Of a DNA stretch of 64,000 nt, positions 1-12,452 are shown piece after piece (the stretch's first letter is position 1; the number at the start of each line of letters is the position of its first letter). The stretch comes from Geosiphon pyriformis uo1 (Eukaryota > Fungi > Glomeromycota). The notes below the pieces were generated by a model. It was not told the DNA's origin. It saw only the letters and a program-made list of their open reading frames with translations, and searched no databases. A program made the position numbers and the translations under genes. The stretch spans positions 1,619,538 through 1,683,537 of the forward strand of contig JAAOMT010000128.1 of NCBI GenBank assembly GCA_016748015.1, given 5' to 3'.

Positions 1-1382
1 CTAAACGACCTGGTCGCAGCAAAGCAGGGTCCAAAGTATCAGGTCGATTCGTTGCCATAATGAGCTTAGTTTGCCCAAGATAATCAAAACCGTCCATCTG
101 ATTTAATAGCTAAGGATAAAATAGTAGCATCAATTAATCCTCAACTAGTTTGAAAACCTATCTAGCAATCCTAGGGATGTTAATGGGTTTACCTCCATGA
201 GCGTCCTTTGTATTTCACGATCAGCACTTGTACCTTCAGAAAACCTTCTTCCACCAATTGCATCAATTTCATCCATAAAAATAATGCATGGTTCATGATC
301 TTTTGCATAACCAAACATTTCTCGGATCAACCTTGCGCTTTCGCCGATATATTTGTCGACAATTGCACTAGATACTACTTTTAAGAAATTTGTTTCCAGT
401 GTGCTGGCAACGGCGCGTGCAAGAAGAGTTTTACCGGTACCCGGAGGTCCGTACAAAAGAACACCTTTAGGTGGTTTTATACCAACGCGAAGAAAAAGTT
501 CTGGATTCATTAATGGTAATTCGATGACCTAATCAAAATTTCGGTTAATTTGCCGGAGTTTCGATTTAGTAACCAATCCCACAATATTACAATTTAATAC
601 CTCTCTGAGTTCTCGGATTTGTTCCCCTAAGCCTCCTATACCGGCAAAATTTATTTTTCCAGGGTCTTCTAAGCTCATATTATACACGAGGGGATCTACT
701 TCCCTAGGTAGCATACGCATGATGGTCAGTGTTGTCATATCCAAAGCCACTCGGGTCCCCTGTTTGAGTTTTTCCTTATTAACTTTATTACGACATCCCA
801 CAACATATCGCGGGCCCGAAGAAGCTTTAACGATGACTTTAAGTGACAATCAATAAAGATTAGATAATAAATTAATTAAACAGATTAGAATCTAAGATCT
901 GGGAATAAAACTTACATCTTTCTTCGTCCAATTGTTTCAAGACTTCCCCGATGATTTGTCCAACACTCTGCAGGGCCTTGATGTCTTCTTCTGTTTTATC
1001 ATATTGCTTTTCAAAATCACGAAGTCCCAATCGAACTAGTTAGAACAGCAATTGCCGGAGTGTTTGTCAGAAGGGCCCAAAAACAAAGTTCGTGTGAAAA
1101 TCTGATCAATCAAACAATCAAATGGGTTTGTGAACGCTCCCTGATTCAAAATAATTTGAATCATAGTTTAGAGATGGGAGAGCAGGCAAAGTTGGCACCT
1201 TCAGTTTAGCGGAGAATCCTAGAAGTATGTAATGTTCTCATTAGTCAACTCATTATAGTAATTAACTTACACTCTTTGACTTTGGTTTCTATTTCACGGT
1301 GCTCTTGTAACTTTTTCCGATAATCACTCAGTGCTTTACTTCTACGTTCAGTATCTGAGTTAGAAGACGAGGAAGTCGCCAT
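1..1382 (-). CDS. RPT4: 26S proteasome regulatory AAA-ATPase subunit Rpt4 (PSMC6/10B); 3' part runs off the window
   Basis: GT-AG exons 1382-1271, 1035-916, 836-601, 528-193, 109-<1 join in frame: MATSSSS...[13 protein letters not shown]...[13 protein letters not shown]...GPPGTGKT (Walker A)...IIFMDEID (Walker B)...[29 protein letters not shown]...[10 protein letters not shown]. These match the Rpt4 subfamily signature. Confidence 0.95.
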
Positions 1383-1786
1383 TTTTGCTGCTGAAATTTG
1401 GCACTAAAGCTAAATGATGCGCGAGTTAAAAAGATGCGCGTTAATCTTGCTGACGCAATTATCTTGAGATTTTCTGCAGATCCCTAAAATTCATCGAGTA
1501 AGAGACTTACAAGACTAGTACAAAAATCCATGAAACTGCTTGCATGCGGAATGTGACTCAAAGATGCACGGCAATCATGAACTCTGAACAGCACTTCAAA
1601 AAGCTGGAAAATGAAATTGTAAACAATTTAATTTTCAATCCCGGCAAGCTCTTTACACCCTTCAAAGCGTCCTTACTACCTACAATCTTAACAAGGCTTT
1701 TACCTATTACCCTTTTCTAATCCACTAAATTTAGAGTCGTGAAGGGCACAATAGAAGGCCTAAATTAAATACACTCATTTTTCGTA
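1383..1786. promoter_or_regulatory. Head-to-head intergenic region, probable bidirectional promoter of RPT4 and the ArfGAP gene
   Basis: 404 bp between divergent ATGs at 1382(-) and 1787(+). Contains two GATGCGCG copies (~1416-1440) and TGACGCA (~1451). Confidence 0.55.
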
Positions 1787-4700
1787 ATGGGTAATATTAG
1801 CAGTTCTCTAGATGAACACCCGACTTTATACATAAAGAACCCAGACCGATGTAAGAAGAGCCACCCAGTTCTAAGATTTTTTCCTTTCAAAATTCCCACT
1901 TTACTCGATCAAAATTTAAAAATTTCATTGCAAGCCACATATTTATCCACTGCATTTATTAATGTGTTTCTTTAGTTCAACTATTGGAAATAATTGTTTC
2001 AAATTCGGCACATGAACCATATATCACATTTCCTGCCTCTTCAGATCGGATAGCTGCCATTCCTAACACCATAGATCTTTTAGAATTCACCCAAGACCCT
2101 GAATTTCAATCAATATCGCCCAACAAATTTTTGTTAAAATTGTCAAAGGATAAACGATTGGAGTTAAAATTTAAGTTTCGAATTGGCGGGATTGCTACCA
2201 GGAATGCGGAATTAAAAGGATTGACATTTATCAATGCTGCCAACGAAAAGGAATTGGCAAGAATACTTACGGTTGAGTTCAATGACGATCCTAATGTAAT
2301 TAGCATCCATGACAATTGCTTTCAAAATCCAAATATAAAACCTAATATTACTAATTAGCGAAATCAAGAACCATTATTAGAACTTATTCAGCTGTTATTC
2401 TTAGTTAATTTTTATTTTATAATTATACAGCCAAAATAAGAATCTTATTATATTTACGAAAATTTCCATCTTTTTTAAAATAAACGTCCTATGTAAAATA
2501 TTTCATGCAGCTTCACAAACATCCCAACGTGGACCTCCTAGGAAATTTTGTTTCTGATGGAACACAGCCAGATCTTATAGAGTGGACATGGAAATGGGAA
2601 CCTCCGCATTTAATGGATGAAGATCATCATGGCTGGCGTAACCATTGTTGTGTAAGTTTAATTTTTTCTCCTCAACAAAAATCTTCAATTTACTAATGAT
2701 TTTTTGATTTGTAGTTTGCCGAGTATGACAAAAAGGAACATAATTTCCAAGTCTTAAGCTCTTTCACTTTCTGGGTAGCTGGTTAGTGGTGATATAGATT
2801 CTAAGCAAAAAACTTCGTCTGTACGTGAAATATTAATTCGTGATATTATTTTAGAAAATATAAACCGATTTTCAAATCACCGACATTCAAGGAGCGCAAG
2901 CTCAGTAGATGGTTTTACTTCTTTTATCACTTTGCATTCCGCCTTTTCTTCACCCCAATCTGCCTTCTCGTCTCCTTCTATCCCGAAAAATCTTCGGCCA
3001 TCAAGCCCTGACCCTAATTTCCCTCCACTAACTCTCAATGCTTCTTATGCGAACTCTACGACATCCTCCCTTGCTTCTAATGGAGGACGCCGTTTGTCTG
3101 ATGACTCGACTTATCAACATGAACCCGAAGATGGCCCTCTTTTTCGCGCTACTCTATCTTTCTACGAGAAAAAAACTGGCCCACTTAAGCATCACATTAA
3201 AAGAGTTTTGAAGACTGCATCGGCCGCCCATGCGGCTATGATGGATTCCATAGAAGCTGACGAAGATTTTTTAAACTCCTTGAGAGAAGCAGCTGCGGTG
3301 CACCCTCAAGCCTTTCTGCCTGTTCTTGAAAACTACCTTGAAGAAGCCGCAAAAAAAATAGGTAGCCTAAAGGAAAATATGGCTAATCAAATGCAAGCTC
3401 TTCTCCTTGAACCTCTTCGAAAACTTTATGAAAATGATATAAAGGTTGCTGATACAAAAAGAAAAGAGTTTGAAGATGAATCTCGGGACTATTATCAATT
3501 TCTTTCTAAATACTTATCATTGAAAGTAGATACCGCCAAAGAAAAGAAAAAACTCGAATCTGATTCAAAATATCAGAACAAACGGAAAATGTTTGAATTG
3601 AAAAGATTCGATTATTACGCGTACATGCAAGATTTACATGGTGGAAGAAAAGACCAAGAAATCTTGTATCATTTTACAAATTTTGCAGAAAAACAATATT
3701 TTTGTTATCTACAAACAGCCTCGGGTATACAAACCCTGAAGCCAGGCTTAGAAAAATTGGCCTTAAACGTTGCAGAAGCGGCCAAAGAAATTCATCTAAT
3801 GAGAAAAGAAAGAGAAGAAAGAAGAAGGATGCTTGAAACTCGAGCAATTATGATGAATCCTTTCCCTAGCGAACCTTTCCATGAAGGAGACAACCTAACT
3901 CTTAGTAATGGTAGCAACTCAATTGGTGATAATGGAAGCGACATCGCTGATAATTCGCTGACTCCAGTCGGTTCACCAATAATACCCCACAACAAATTTA
4001 AAGGTATACGTGACATGGAAAATCATGATACCGAAACAGCATCACTGGCAGGCAGGAAAAAAGAAGGGTTTCTATTTGCTACATCACGTGTCACGCAACA
4101 TGGTGGTGTTGACCCACTTGCTAAAACGACCTGGCACAAGTAAGTGACTCAATAATTTAATATCATCACTTTCAGCATTGCTTAAACATTCATTAGAATT
4201 CAGGCAATCTATTCTCTGAATTTTCTCCAGATACTGGTGTGTTTTGGCTGGAGGGCAGCTTTGCGAATATAGTAATTGGAAGAAACAGCTCGAAACACAC
4301 AATGAGCCTATTAATCTACGGTTTGCTACAGTTAGAGAAGCACGGGGTGCCGATCGTCGCTTCTGCTTTGAAGTAATCACTCCACAGTACCGGAGAATAT
4401 ATCAAGCAACTTCAGCTGAAGACGTGAATTCCTGGATGACGGTGATTTCGAATGCTATTGAAAGTCTTTTGAATGGGACAAGTAGCTGCCGTAACTTAGA
4501 TCGGTTGGTAGATTCAAACAATCATAGTGCTGGCGTCGGTGAACCTTCGAAAAAACAAAATGCAATTCGACGCAGGGGAACATTTTCAAGCCTAGCGGAT
4601 AAAAGAAGGTTTGGTATAAAGAAACTGCCGTTGATTACCAAACAGTCCAATGGCACTTACTTCTCGAATAACAGGGCCCCTCAGGACGGAGGTGATTTTG

Positions 4701-6026
4701 ATTTGGCGGTAAAAATTTATGATATCATAAAAAAGGCTGATATTTCAAATTCAGCTTGTGCTGATTGTGGTGCTAGAAAAACCGAGTGGTGTTCTATAAA
4801 TCTGGGGGCGATTTTGTGTATTGGTAAGCTTTATTTTACCTGAGTTCTGAGTTTTAATTAGTCTCTCCATCTTCCTTTTATATCTTAACATTCATTTTGC
4901 AGAATGTTCTGGAATTCACCGAAGCCTTGGAACCCACATATCCAAGATAAGATCTCTGACTCTAGACACTAACTCATACACCCGTGATCTTGTTGAGCAG
5001 ATAAAGTTGATTGGTAACGCTCGGTCTAACGCCATTTGGGAAGCTAAGCTTGGATCTCCTGAGGCGAAATTGGAGCCAATAGACGCTAGGCAAACCTCTC
5101 AAGAAATCAAATTAATATTATCCGAAACTCATTTCTCACAAGAGCATTTTAAAAATAACGCACCAATACCACCTCCTAAGATTGGCGCGAGTGGAGCGCT
5201 AAAATCAGAAGATAAAACATTAATTAGTACTTCTCCAGATCCTGATTGGGTCGATATAATTAATATAGTACCCTCCTCATCTCTCGGGGCGTCCATATAC
5301 ACTAAGAAACTTCCACCTGTTCCAAAACCATCCAGCACTGACTCACGGGCTATGAAGCAAAAATACATTACTGCGAAATACGTTGACCGTGCTTTTGTTA
5401 ATTTTTCTTTAGTAGATGATAACATAACTGCAACAGACTTGCTTTTCGAAGCTGTAAAAGCTAATGATGTTCCTGGAGCAATGCAAGCAATTGCACTAAA
5501 AGCTGATGTCAATGCCGCTCGTCGATTTGAGGTCGAAGAAGATTATAGATTGAAAACACCCCTTATATTGGCGTTGTTACACATTCAGAACCCTACAAAA
5601 TCTGATGATGGAGAAAAGCAGTTATTTCCAATGGCGGAATTATTATTACAAAACGGTGCACTTGTGGAAAGAAGTTTATTTGACGACCTTGAAGATGTGC
5701 TCGCAGTGGGAACTCATCCATTAAAGCGTACCTCATTATCCAAAAGTGTGGGAGCGTGGGCAGCTGAGGTAATGGGAGACTTAAAGGGGCAAGAAAAGAC
5801 TATATTGGACATTATAAAAGCCAGCGGTAACGAGGCTGCCATCAAATATCTTATTCCTAAAGCTTTAGCTAGAGGCGCTTCCCCCACTGCACCCTCAATG
5901 AATGGGTCAGTGGGATCCACCCAAACAACGAGCACTGGCGGAGTAGTAGGCGGGTCAGCTATAGAAAGAAAATCGACTCAAAATCTTGGACGATCTCTTT
6001 CAATGTCTGTCCGGAATGCTCTGTGA
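1787..6026 (+). CDS. Arf GTPase-activating protein with BAR, PH, ArfGAP and ankyrin domains (ACAP/Csx2-like)
   Basis: GT-AG exons 1787-1850, 1976-2295, 2511-2651, 2715-2781, 2855-4139, 4231-4823, 4903-6026 join in frame. Motifs: BAR start EDGPLFRATL; PH KKEGFL...WHKYWCVL...RRFCFEVITP; ArfGAP zinc finger CADC-x16[24 protein letters not shown]; ankyrin-like TPLILAL / AELLLQNGA. N-terminal MG could be myristoylated. Confidence 0.9.
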
Positions 6027-6676
6027 CAGTATCATGACGGGACAATTACATCGCCGTGTATATACATTTCTTCATACCCTTTTAGCAATATATTATTCTG
6101 ATGTTATCATAAATTTAATATTTCTATTATTTGCTATAGATTATAATATTTACTATGTACATTTATAATATCAACTTTTGACTTGTGAACCATTGGTTTA
6201 TTATTATAAGTCAAAGAAGCAATACTTGTAAATTAGAGGTATTTTTGCTTTTGAAACCGTTTAATATCATTTCAAATTTGTATTTCAATTTGACCAAATC
6301 AATAACGTTAGACATCAAACCACATTATATTTTGTCATAAATAGTTAATGTGGGATACTTTGATGTTGCGCTCATTTCATGAAAAACTCTGATGGCGGTG
6401 GGTAAACAGATATAACATAAATCAAAGATTGTCATGAAAAATCGAGTCTAACTTTATTCTATTGTGGAACCATGAAATAAGATTAATCTTGAAAAATCAT
6501 AAACACTTGGCCGCTCAATATAAAGGAAATTTCAGATGCATTGAAAATCAGACTTGAATAAGTGACCTGTAAAATAAGAGATCTGGTTTGTTAATAAAGC
6601 AATGGAAATATTAATCAACTTTACCATTTCTTCCCGAATCTAGTAAAGGCTCCTCGAGTCCATCTGTTCCATAAGA

Positions 6677-8320
6677 TCAGGCTTTCACCTTTTTATTCGA
6701 CGGTTCATTATCTGCGACCTATGAGGATAATTATAGATGAAAGTGAGTTTGGAATATTAGAGTGATTATTTGAAATACTCACATCTCTTCCAAAACGTTC
6801 CGCTCTCTTTCTCTTCTTTTCTTCGTCTGTGAGAGAGCTCAACGAAGCGGGGGGAATAGTCTTAGAGCCACTGGCAGTTGGTGAGCCCAAAGACGCGGCT
6901 ACTGAAGTGCCTGTTCCTGTATCAGTCTTATATATGATGGTGTAAAATATGTATTCAATAAAACTAATATAGGTAACAGATAATAAAATTTCTATATTGT
7001 TTACCTCTGAGCTAAATCTTTCGGCTCTTCTTCGCTTCTTTTCCTCCTCCTCTTTATCAAGGATCCCTGTACCAAATTTTTCAGCCCTCTTTTTTTTTTT
7101 TTCTTCTTCATCCTCCTCATTGACAGCACCAAATCTCTGAGATCTGAGCCTTTTTCGTTCTTCATCGTTCAAAGAACTTACGGGGTTTTGTTGGCTAAGA
7201 GTTGAGAGGGTCGATGAAGTATTTTCTGTACCCAGACCGAACCTTTCCGCGCGTTTTCTCAACTTTTCTTGATCATCAACGTTTGAGCCCTAGTTAAATA
7301 GAAAATCTTAATAAATATAATATCGAAAAATCACTGAATATATGGTTTGAGAATACATACAGTTTTTTTAAGGGGGGGAGGTCGTTCAGCTACAAATATT
7401 TATGGGAGAAAATTTGTCGTTAGGAATCCAAGAAGTAATATAAATTACATATATTATGAATCCTTCAGTACCTTTTAAAGGAGAATCCACAGGACTAGAC
7501 ACTTCCAAACCGAATCGAGAAGCTCTCTCAAGTTTTTTATCTGTCTCAGTGAGTTGGCCTCCAAATCGCTCAGCACGTTTTTTTCTTCTTTCTAACTCGG
7601 CGTTCACATCAGAGTTAGAAGATTGCTTTGGAGGAGCGGAGAATGATGCATTAAATGTAATTTTTTTGCATGTGAATCCGGTGGGCTTAGTAATTATTTC
7701 TGACTCGCTCTGGATAGGAGCTAACTCAACATTAGGGGTTGATTTTGAAGTGATTGATGGTTTTTTGTTGTCGTAAGGTGTCGAACCTAGTTCAGCCTTA
7801 GACTTTTCGACAGATTTATCTTTTGCAGAATTATTTGAGAAAGTGGGTGAACTAGGCGAGTTTAATGATTCTAGCTCGGCATCTTTTCCAAAGTCGTTAA
7901 ACTCGCTTTTAAAGGTAATGTGTTCAGATATTAATCTAATTACTCCAAACTTTCAAAATCATTGTTTATGAAAGAGCAGGCTTACTCGGTTGTTAGCTTT
8001 ATATCGTCCCAGTCAAAGTCACCATCAAGCGCTGAGTTAGGATCACTCGGCGCGTTGAGGATTTCTTTTTCAAATAAATCAGTGTCATTATTTTTGTTTT
8101 CATTTTCAGGGGGACCTCCACCATTGGTTATATTGTTGTCATTATTGTTGAGGTTGAGGTTATTACTCTCCTCGGTTAATTTCGAAATACTGTCTTCAGT
8201 AGCCAAAAGACGAAAAATCAGGTCTTCCTTTTTACCGGAAGTGGCAAGACCCTTTTTAGCAAGTAGTTCCTTCAAATCAGCCACTTTAAGAGAACGAAGT
8301 TTCGCTTCTGTGGTAGACAT
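6677..8320 (-). CDS. SAP-domain ribonucleoprotein (SARNP/Tho1/Mlo1 family)
   Basis: Exons 8320-7986, 7905-7472, 7389-7361, 7289-7005, 6926-6783, 6718-6677 join in frame. N-terminal SAP domain (LKVADLKELLAKKGLATSGKKEDLIFRL), seven R-x-x-[RK]-F-[GS] repeats, ends NKKVKA-TGA. Confidence 0.85.
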
Positions 8321-10150
8321 TTAGCTGAATGTACGGTTTTGAGATAGAGAAATTTAATTAAAAAAAATCAAGTTTCGCTTTGGAAACTTAGCACTATACG
8401 TATTGTATTACAGGTTCGATTTTTGAACTGGTAAAACTTGAAAGTTTTGCTGATACTTGATTTTTCAATTATTTTTTTTTACTCCTATCAAAATACGCAC
8501 TTAGGATATAGATTGCTAAAGTGTAATATCCTAACTCCTTGTGTGAAAATATTAAAAAGATTTGCTTAATAATGCCTATCAATAAATTACTAATCAGTTC
8601 AAGTCGCGAAAATAAATACCACACCTTTTTCTCTTCTCACCTTCATCTTTCCCGCCGCCTCCACCACCTCTGCTACCAAGAAAGGTTATTTTTATGCTTG
8701 AGCAAAGCAAAAAGAGGATCCCGAGCGACGAAAGCAACTCCTCTTGATTTCAACCTCTTTGAATATATCTTTTTTATCTATTTTGCAAAATTTGATACTA
8801 TAATTTTTAATGCATATTGATAATAATACATTAGAGAAAAATCCAGAATATAAGATAAAAATCCAATTAAAACATAATTGTTATTTGTTTTAAAGGTTTA
8901 AATGATATTCATAAAACAGATTTTTGAATTTAACAATAAGGTATAGTCTCAACTCAAAATATTAATAAATTTGATTATAATGTTAAATTATTTATAGTAA
9001 ATTTATTGTTTGAAAATGGTAATCATTATTTTGTATTTTACAATTTTTTAATTGCTTAATTAATTTTTTGTTTTTAATTGTTTTATTTGAATTTTTATTA
9101 AAAAATTTTATTAATTGAAAATTATGTTAAAAAACTTATTAATTGAAAATTAAATGTGTTTATAATTTATTGTATTTATAATAATCATAAAATATTTAAA
9201 ATTAACATTGGTTTTTAAATTTTTTTAATCATAATTAAAACAAAAAATAAAATAAAAAAATTATTTTTTGTAATTTTTAAAAATATATTATTTAAAAAGC
9301 TTTTTTAAAGTTTAAGTTGGTTGTATTGGCTTTATTAATTAGGTTTATTATTATGTTTTTTAGTATTTTGATTACTTTAATTATTAAATTGTTAAATATT
9401 TCTTTTGTTTTACATATTAAATTACAAAATAATTATGTTATATTAAAAAAAAATTGTATTTTTGTTAATAAGTTGAATAAATTACATAAAAAATTGGTAA
9501 ATAAAAATTAAAAATAATAAAAATATATATTTTTATAATAATTTAGTTGTTAATAAAATTTTTAATAAGATATTAGCTTTTTAAAAGTTTTAATATCTTA
9601 AAATTAAAAATAATACAAATAATATTATCAAATAATTAACTAAAATAATTTGTAATAATAATAAAAATTTATGTTTTTAATTATTTGTTTATTATTATTA
9701 ATAACAATTAATATCAAAAAAACTTCTTTCTCTCCTTTGTCCAAATTCCCAAAAAAGAATCAAAGTTTTTTGAAAGAAGTTTTTTTTTACAATTCAGTAT
9801 AATAAATCCAAACTCTTTATTCTTGACTATGAGATCACTGTTGGCTGTAATATTGCTGTTATAAAGAAGACTGCTAAGATTTCTGGTTCTAGTAATGGCT
9901 TTAGGCCTGTTCTTCCAAGAAAAAAAAAGAGAGATGGTGTTTTAGAAAATGGTTCTGATGATAAGATTGTTGGTCCTAAGATTCAAGTTAGTTGTTTATA
10001 GGGTTCAGAGACTGGTGACACCACTGAGTCTAATAGCATTAATATGAAAAAAAAATGTCTGGTGAAAGAGACCAGTTTTGATTATAGTGAAAGTAGTACT
10101 ATTGCTGGTGATCTTAATCAAACACCTATTGGTTCAAAAGTTAAAACTAA

Positions 10151-10958
10151 TGTTACGGGATGGTTTTCTTGTTATATTTAATTGCTGATATCCCGCTTTA
10201 ATTGCAATCAGTCTTTCGTGAGTTCCTCAATTCTATTTGTGTGATAATGTCACTGTTACACTGAAGGCTTTTTTTTTACTGTTGCGATGTAAGTTATTCT
10301 TTAATTCTTGATTGTTGTGTGTGTTTATGTACTCCTTCTCAGAGGCTGAACTGAAATCTACCCACTGTCTGGGGTCTTCTCTGAGGCTATCCTTGCAATT
10401 GCCTGATGTGTTTCTCTAATCTAGAAACACAGAATGTTAATGGTCTTTAGCGCTTTTCTAATTCTCACAATAAAGCTTTTATCAATTAGTAAAAATGTGA
10501 ATAATCTTGATCAAGGATNNNNNNNNNNNNNNNNNNNNTTGTGATAGTTCAGTTTTAAATATTCTTTTTCATTTCTTTTTGATTTTAAAGGTTTCTTGGG
10601 ATATTTAATTTGAAAGTATGATTTAAAGTGGAGTTTGTTGGATAAAATTGGATCTATTGCTTGATAAGTTATGATTTTTATTACTTGATTGATTCTTTCC
10701 CAATATTAAAACTACTGTATATATACATGTTTGTAGTTCTACGAGAAAATACTTTCTTTTTGATATTTCAACCTGGTACTTGCTGCTATCACCAGTTGGT
10801 GTTGGCTGCTATTGTGAACTGGTGCTTGCCACTATCGCGAGATGGTGTTTGCTACTATGTTAATCATTACCTTTCTAAGATTATTACTGTGCTATATTAT
10901 GATTGAATAGTTTGTATTATTTTTATGATTCTTTTTGCTAAATTCTTAAACCGTAACA
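10151..10958 (-). mobile_element. LTR (apparent solo LTR) inserted in LINE ORF1; contains an assembly gap
   Basis: 8-bp inverted termini TGTTACGG...CCGTAACA; perfect TSD CTAA (10147-10150 / 10959-10962). Orientation inferred from tandem repeats at ~10780-10860 and TATATA at ~10718 near the right end. Confidence 0.85.
10519..10538. other. Assembly gap (20 N)
   Basis: Run of N in the sequence. Confidence 1.
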
Positions 10959-12452
10959 CTAAGAAGACATTAGGCAAATCTTTGAGTAAAATTAATTTTT
11001 CTTTAAATAACAATAAAAATAATGTTCTCTTAGATGCTCTACTGGAATTCTCCCTACCTTTAAAGAATCTGGTCAACATCTCTGTTCATAAATTTTTCAC
11101 TTTGGATATTGGTTTAAACAAGGTGATTGGAAAATCTTCTCAAAAAAGCTTCAAGTAGTCAGAAAGTTGTTTTCGAAGATCAATGGTTTTGAGGAGGCCT
11201 CTACCCTCTCAAATTTGCTGAGATCATCAGAGTAACATTCACTTCTGAATCAAGTTTGGCACAGGCTTCTAAAAAGGCTGAAAAAGTAAAGATTTTGGTA
11301 AACTCTGATCTCAGAAAATTATTTGAGCATTCAGATCGGGCTGTAATGTTGAAGGAAATTCCAATTGGTATATTAACTGAGGCTGTGCATGCTGTGCTAT
11401 CCCAGTTTGGCATAATTAAGTCGATTAAGATGCAATTGGTGGGGCTGTGGCAGAAAGCAGTGGTTGAATTTGAACAGGTTGAGTATGCTGATTTGGTTGC
11501 AGCATGTTGGTCTATCCTAATTGGGAAAGATGCAGTGCATGTTGCTAAGTCTAATGTAAACAAAAAATTATGGAATGTAAGAAATGTCCACAAAGCTCTT
11601 TTATATACTTTGCCAATGGAAACCAATACACATGATATCTGAGATTATATTACTTTGGTGGGTGAGTATCATTGACTATTACCTGGTCACTTATGCTCAG
11701 ACCAGGTGTGCTGCTGTTTGTTTTGATTCTGCTGAGTCACTGAATGCTGTCATGGAAACCATGTTTATTCTAAAAAAGGCCAATCTGTGCTGGTCTTGTC
11801 TTGTTCCGGCTAAGTGTGCCAAGTATGAAAAATTAGGCCATATATCTTTGTCTTGTTCTGTTGGTAGAAATAAGGATGTTTTATCTGGTATTTTATTACA
11901 TAAAACTCTCTCTGATTCTGATAAAAGCAGACTGGCTGCTATCTATGCTAAACACTCAGCTCTAATTGCTCATCCAGTTTCTTTTGGTGGTGTCTCATGA
12001 GTGCAGATTGCTGGTGGGTTTTTTCTTTTTTCTCTCTCTGTTCAGAATGTTTTGTTAAATGCTGGCTCTTTTTCAGAGATAAAGCCTACCCTACTGGTGT
12101 CTTTGGAATTAAATGATAGGTTTGTCACTCTTGAGCACAGTCTTGCCAATCTTACAGAGCATGTTAATATGCTGGCTAAGAGGTTGAACACACCTGAGCC
12201 AACAGTTTCCCAGCTTAGCTCTGGACATTAGTCATTAGTGACCTCTTCATTACAGAATCAAGAGACGGATATAGTGATGAATGAGAGTTTGGGTGTGGCC
12301 ACTAGTGGAAAGACTGTTGTGGGAGTGGTGGTTTTCAATTCTTTAGTTATCTCAAAAATGGAGGAAACATTGAACAATCTTTCAATCACAGTTATGAGCT
12401 CTTTGGCTAAAATAGACAATGCTGGTTCAGTTTTTACTCCTCTTCTTTCTCA

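Noticed and set aside
1398-1406. AGTGCCAAA (minus strand) as a PACE/Rpn4 site
   Set aside because: Two mismatches to GGTGGCAAA, and it lies only ~20 nt from the ATG.
2106-8324. Antisense and overlapping ORFs within the host genes (e.g. 5129-5512, 7456-7776, 7962-8324)
   Set aside because: Shadow frames of well-supported exons on the opposite strand.
8539-9511. ORFs 8539-8820 and 9317-9511
   Set aside because: Non-ATG starts, low-complexity I/L/K/N/F translations of promoter or AT-rich DNA, no motifs.
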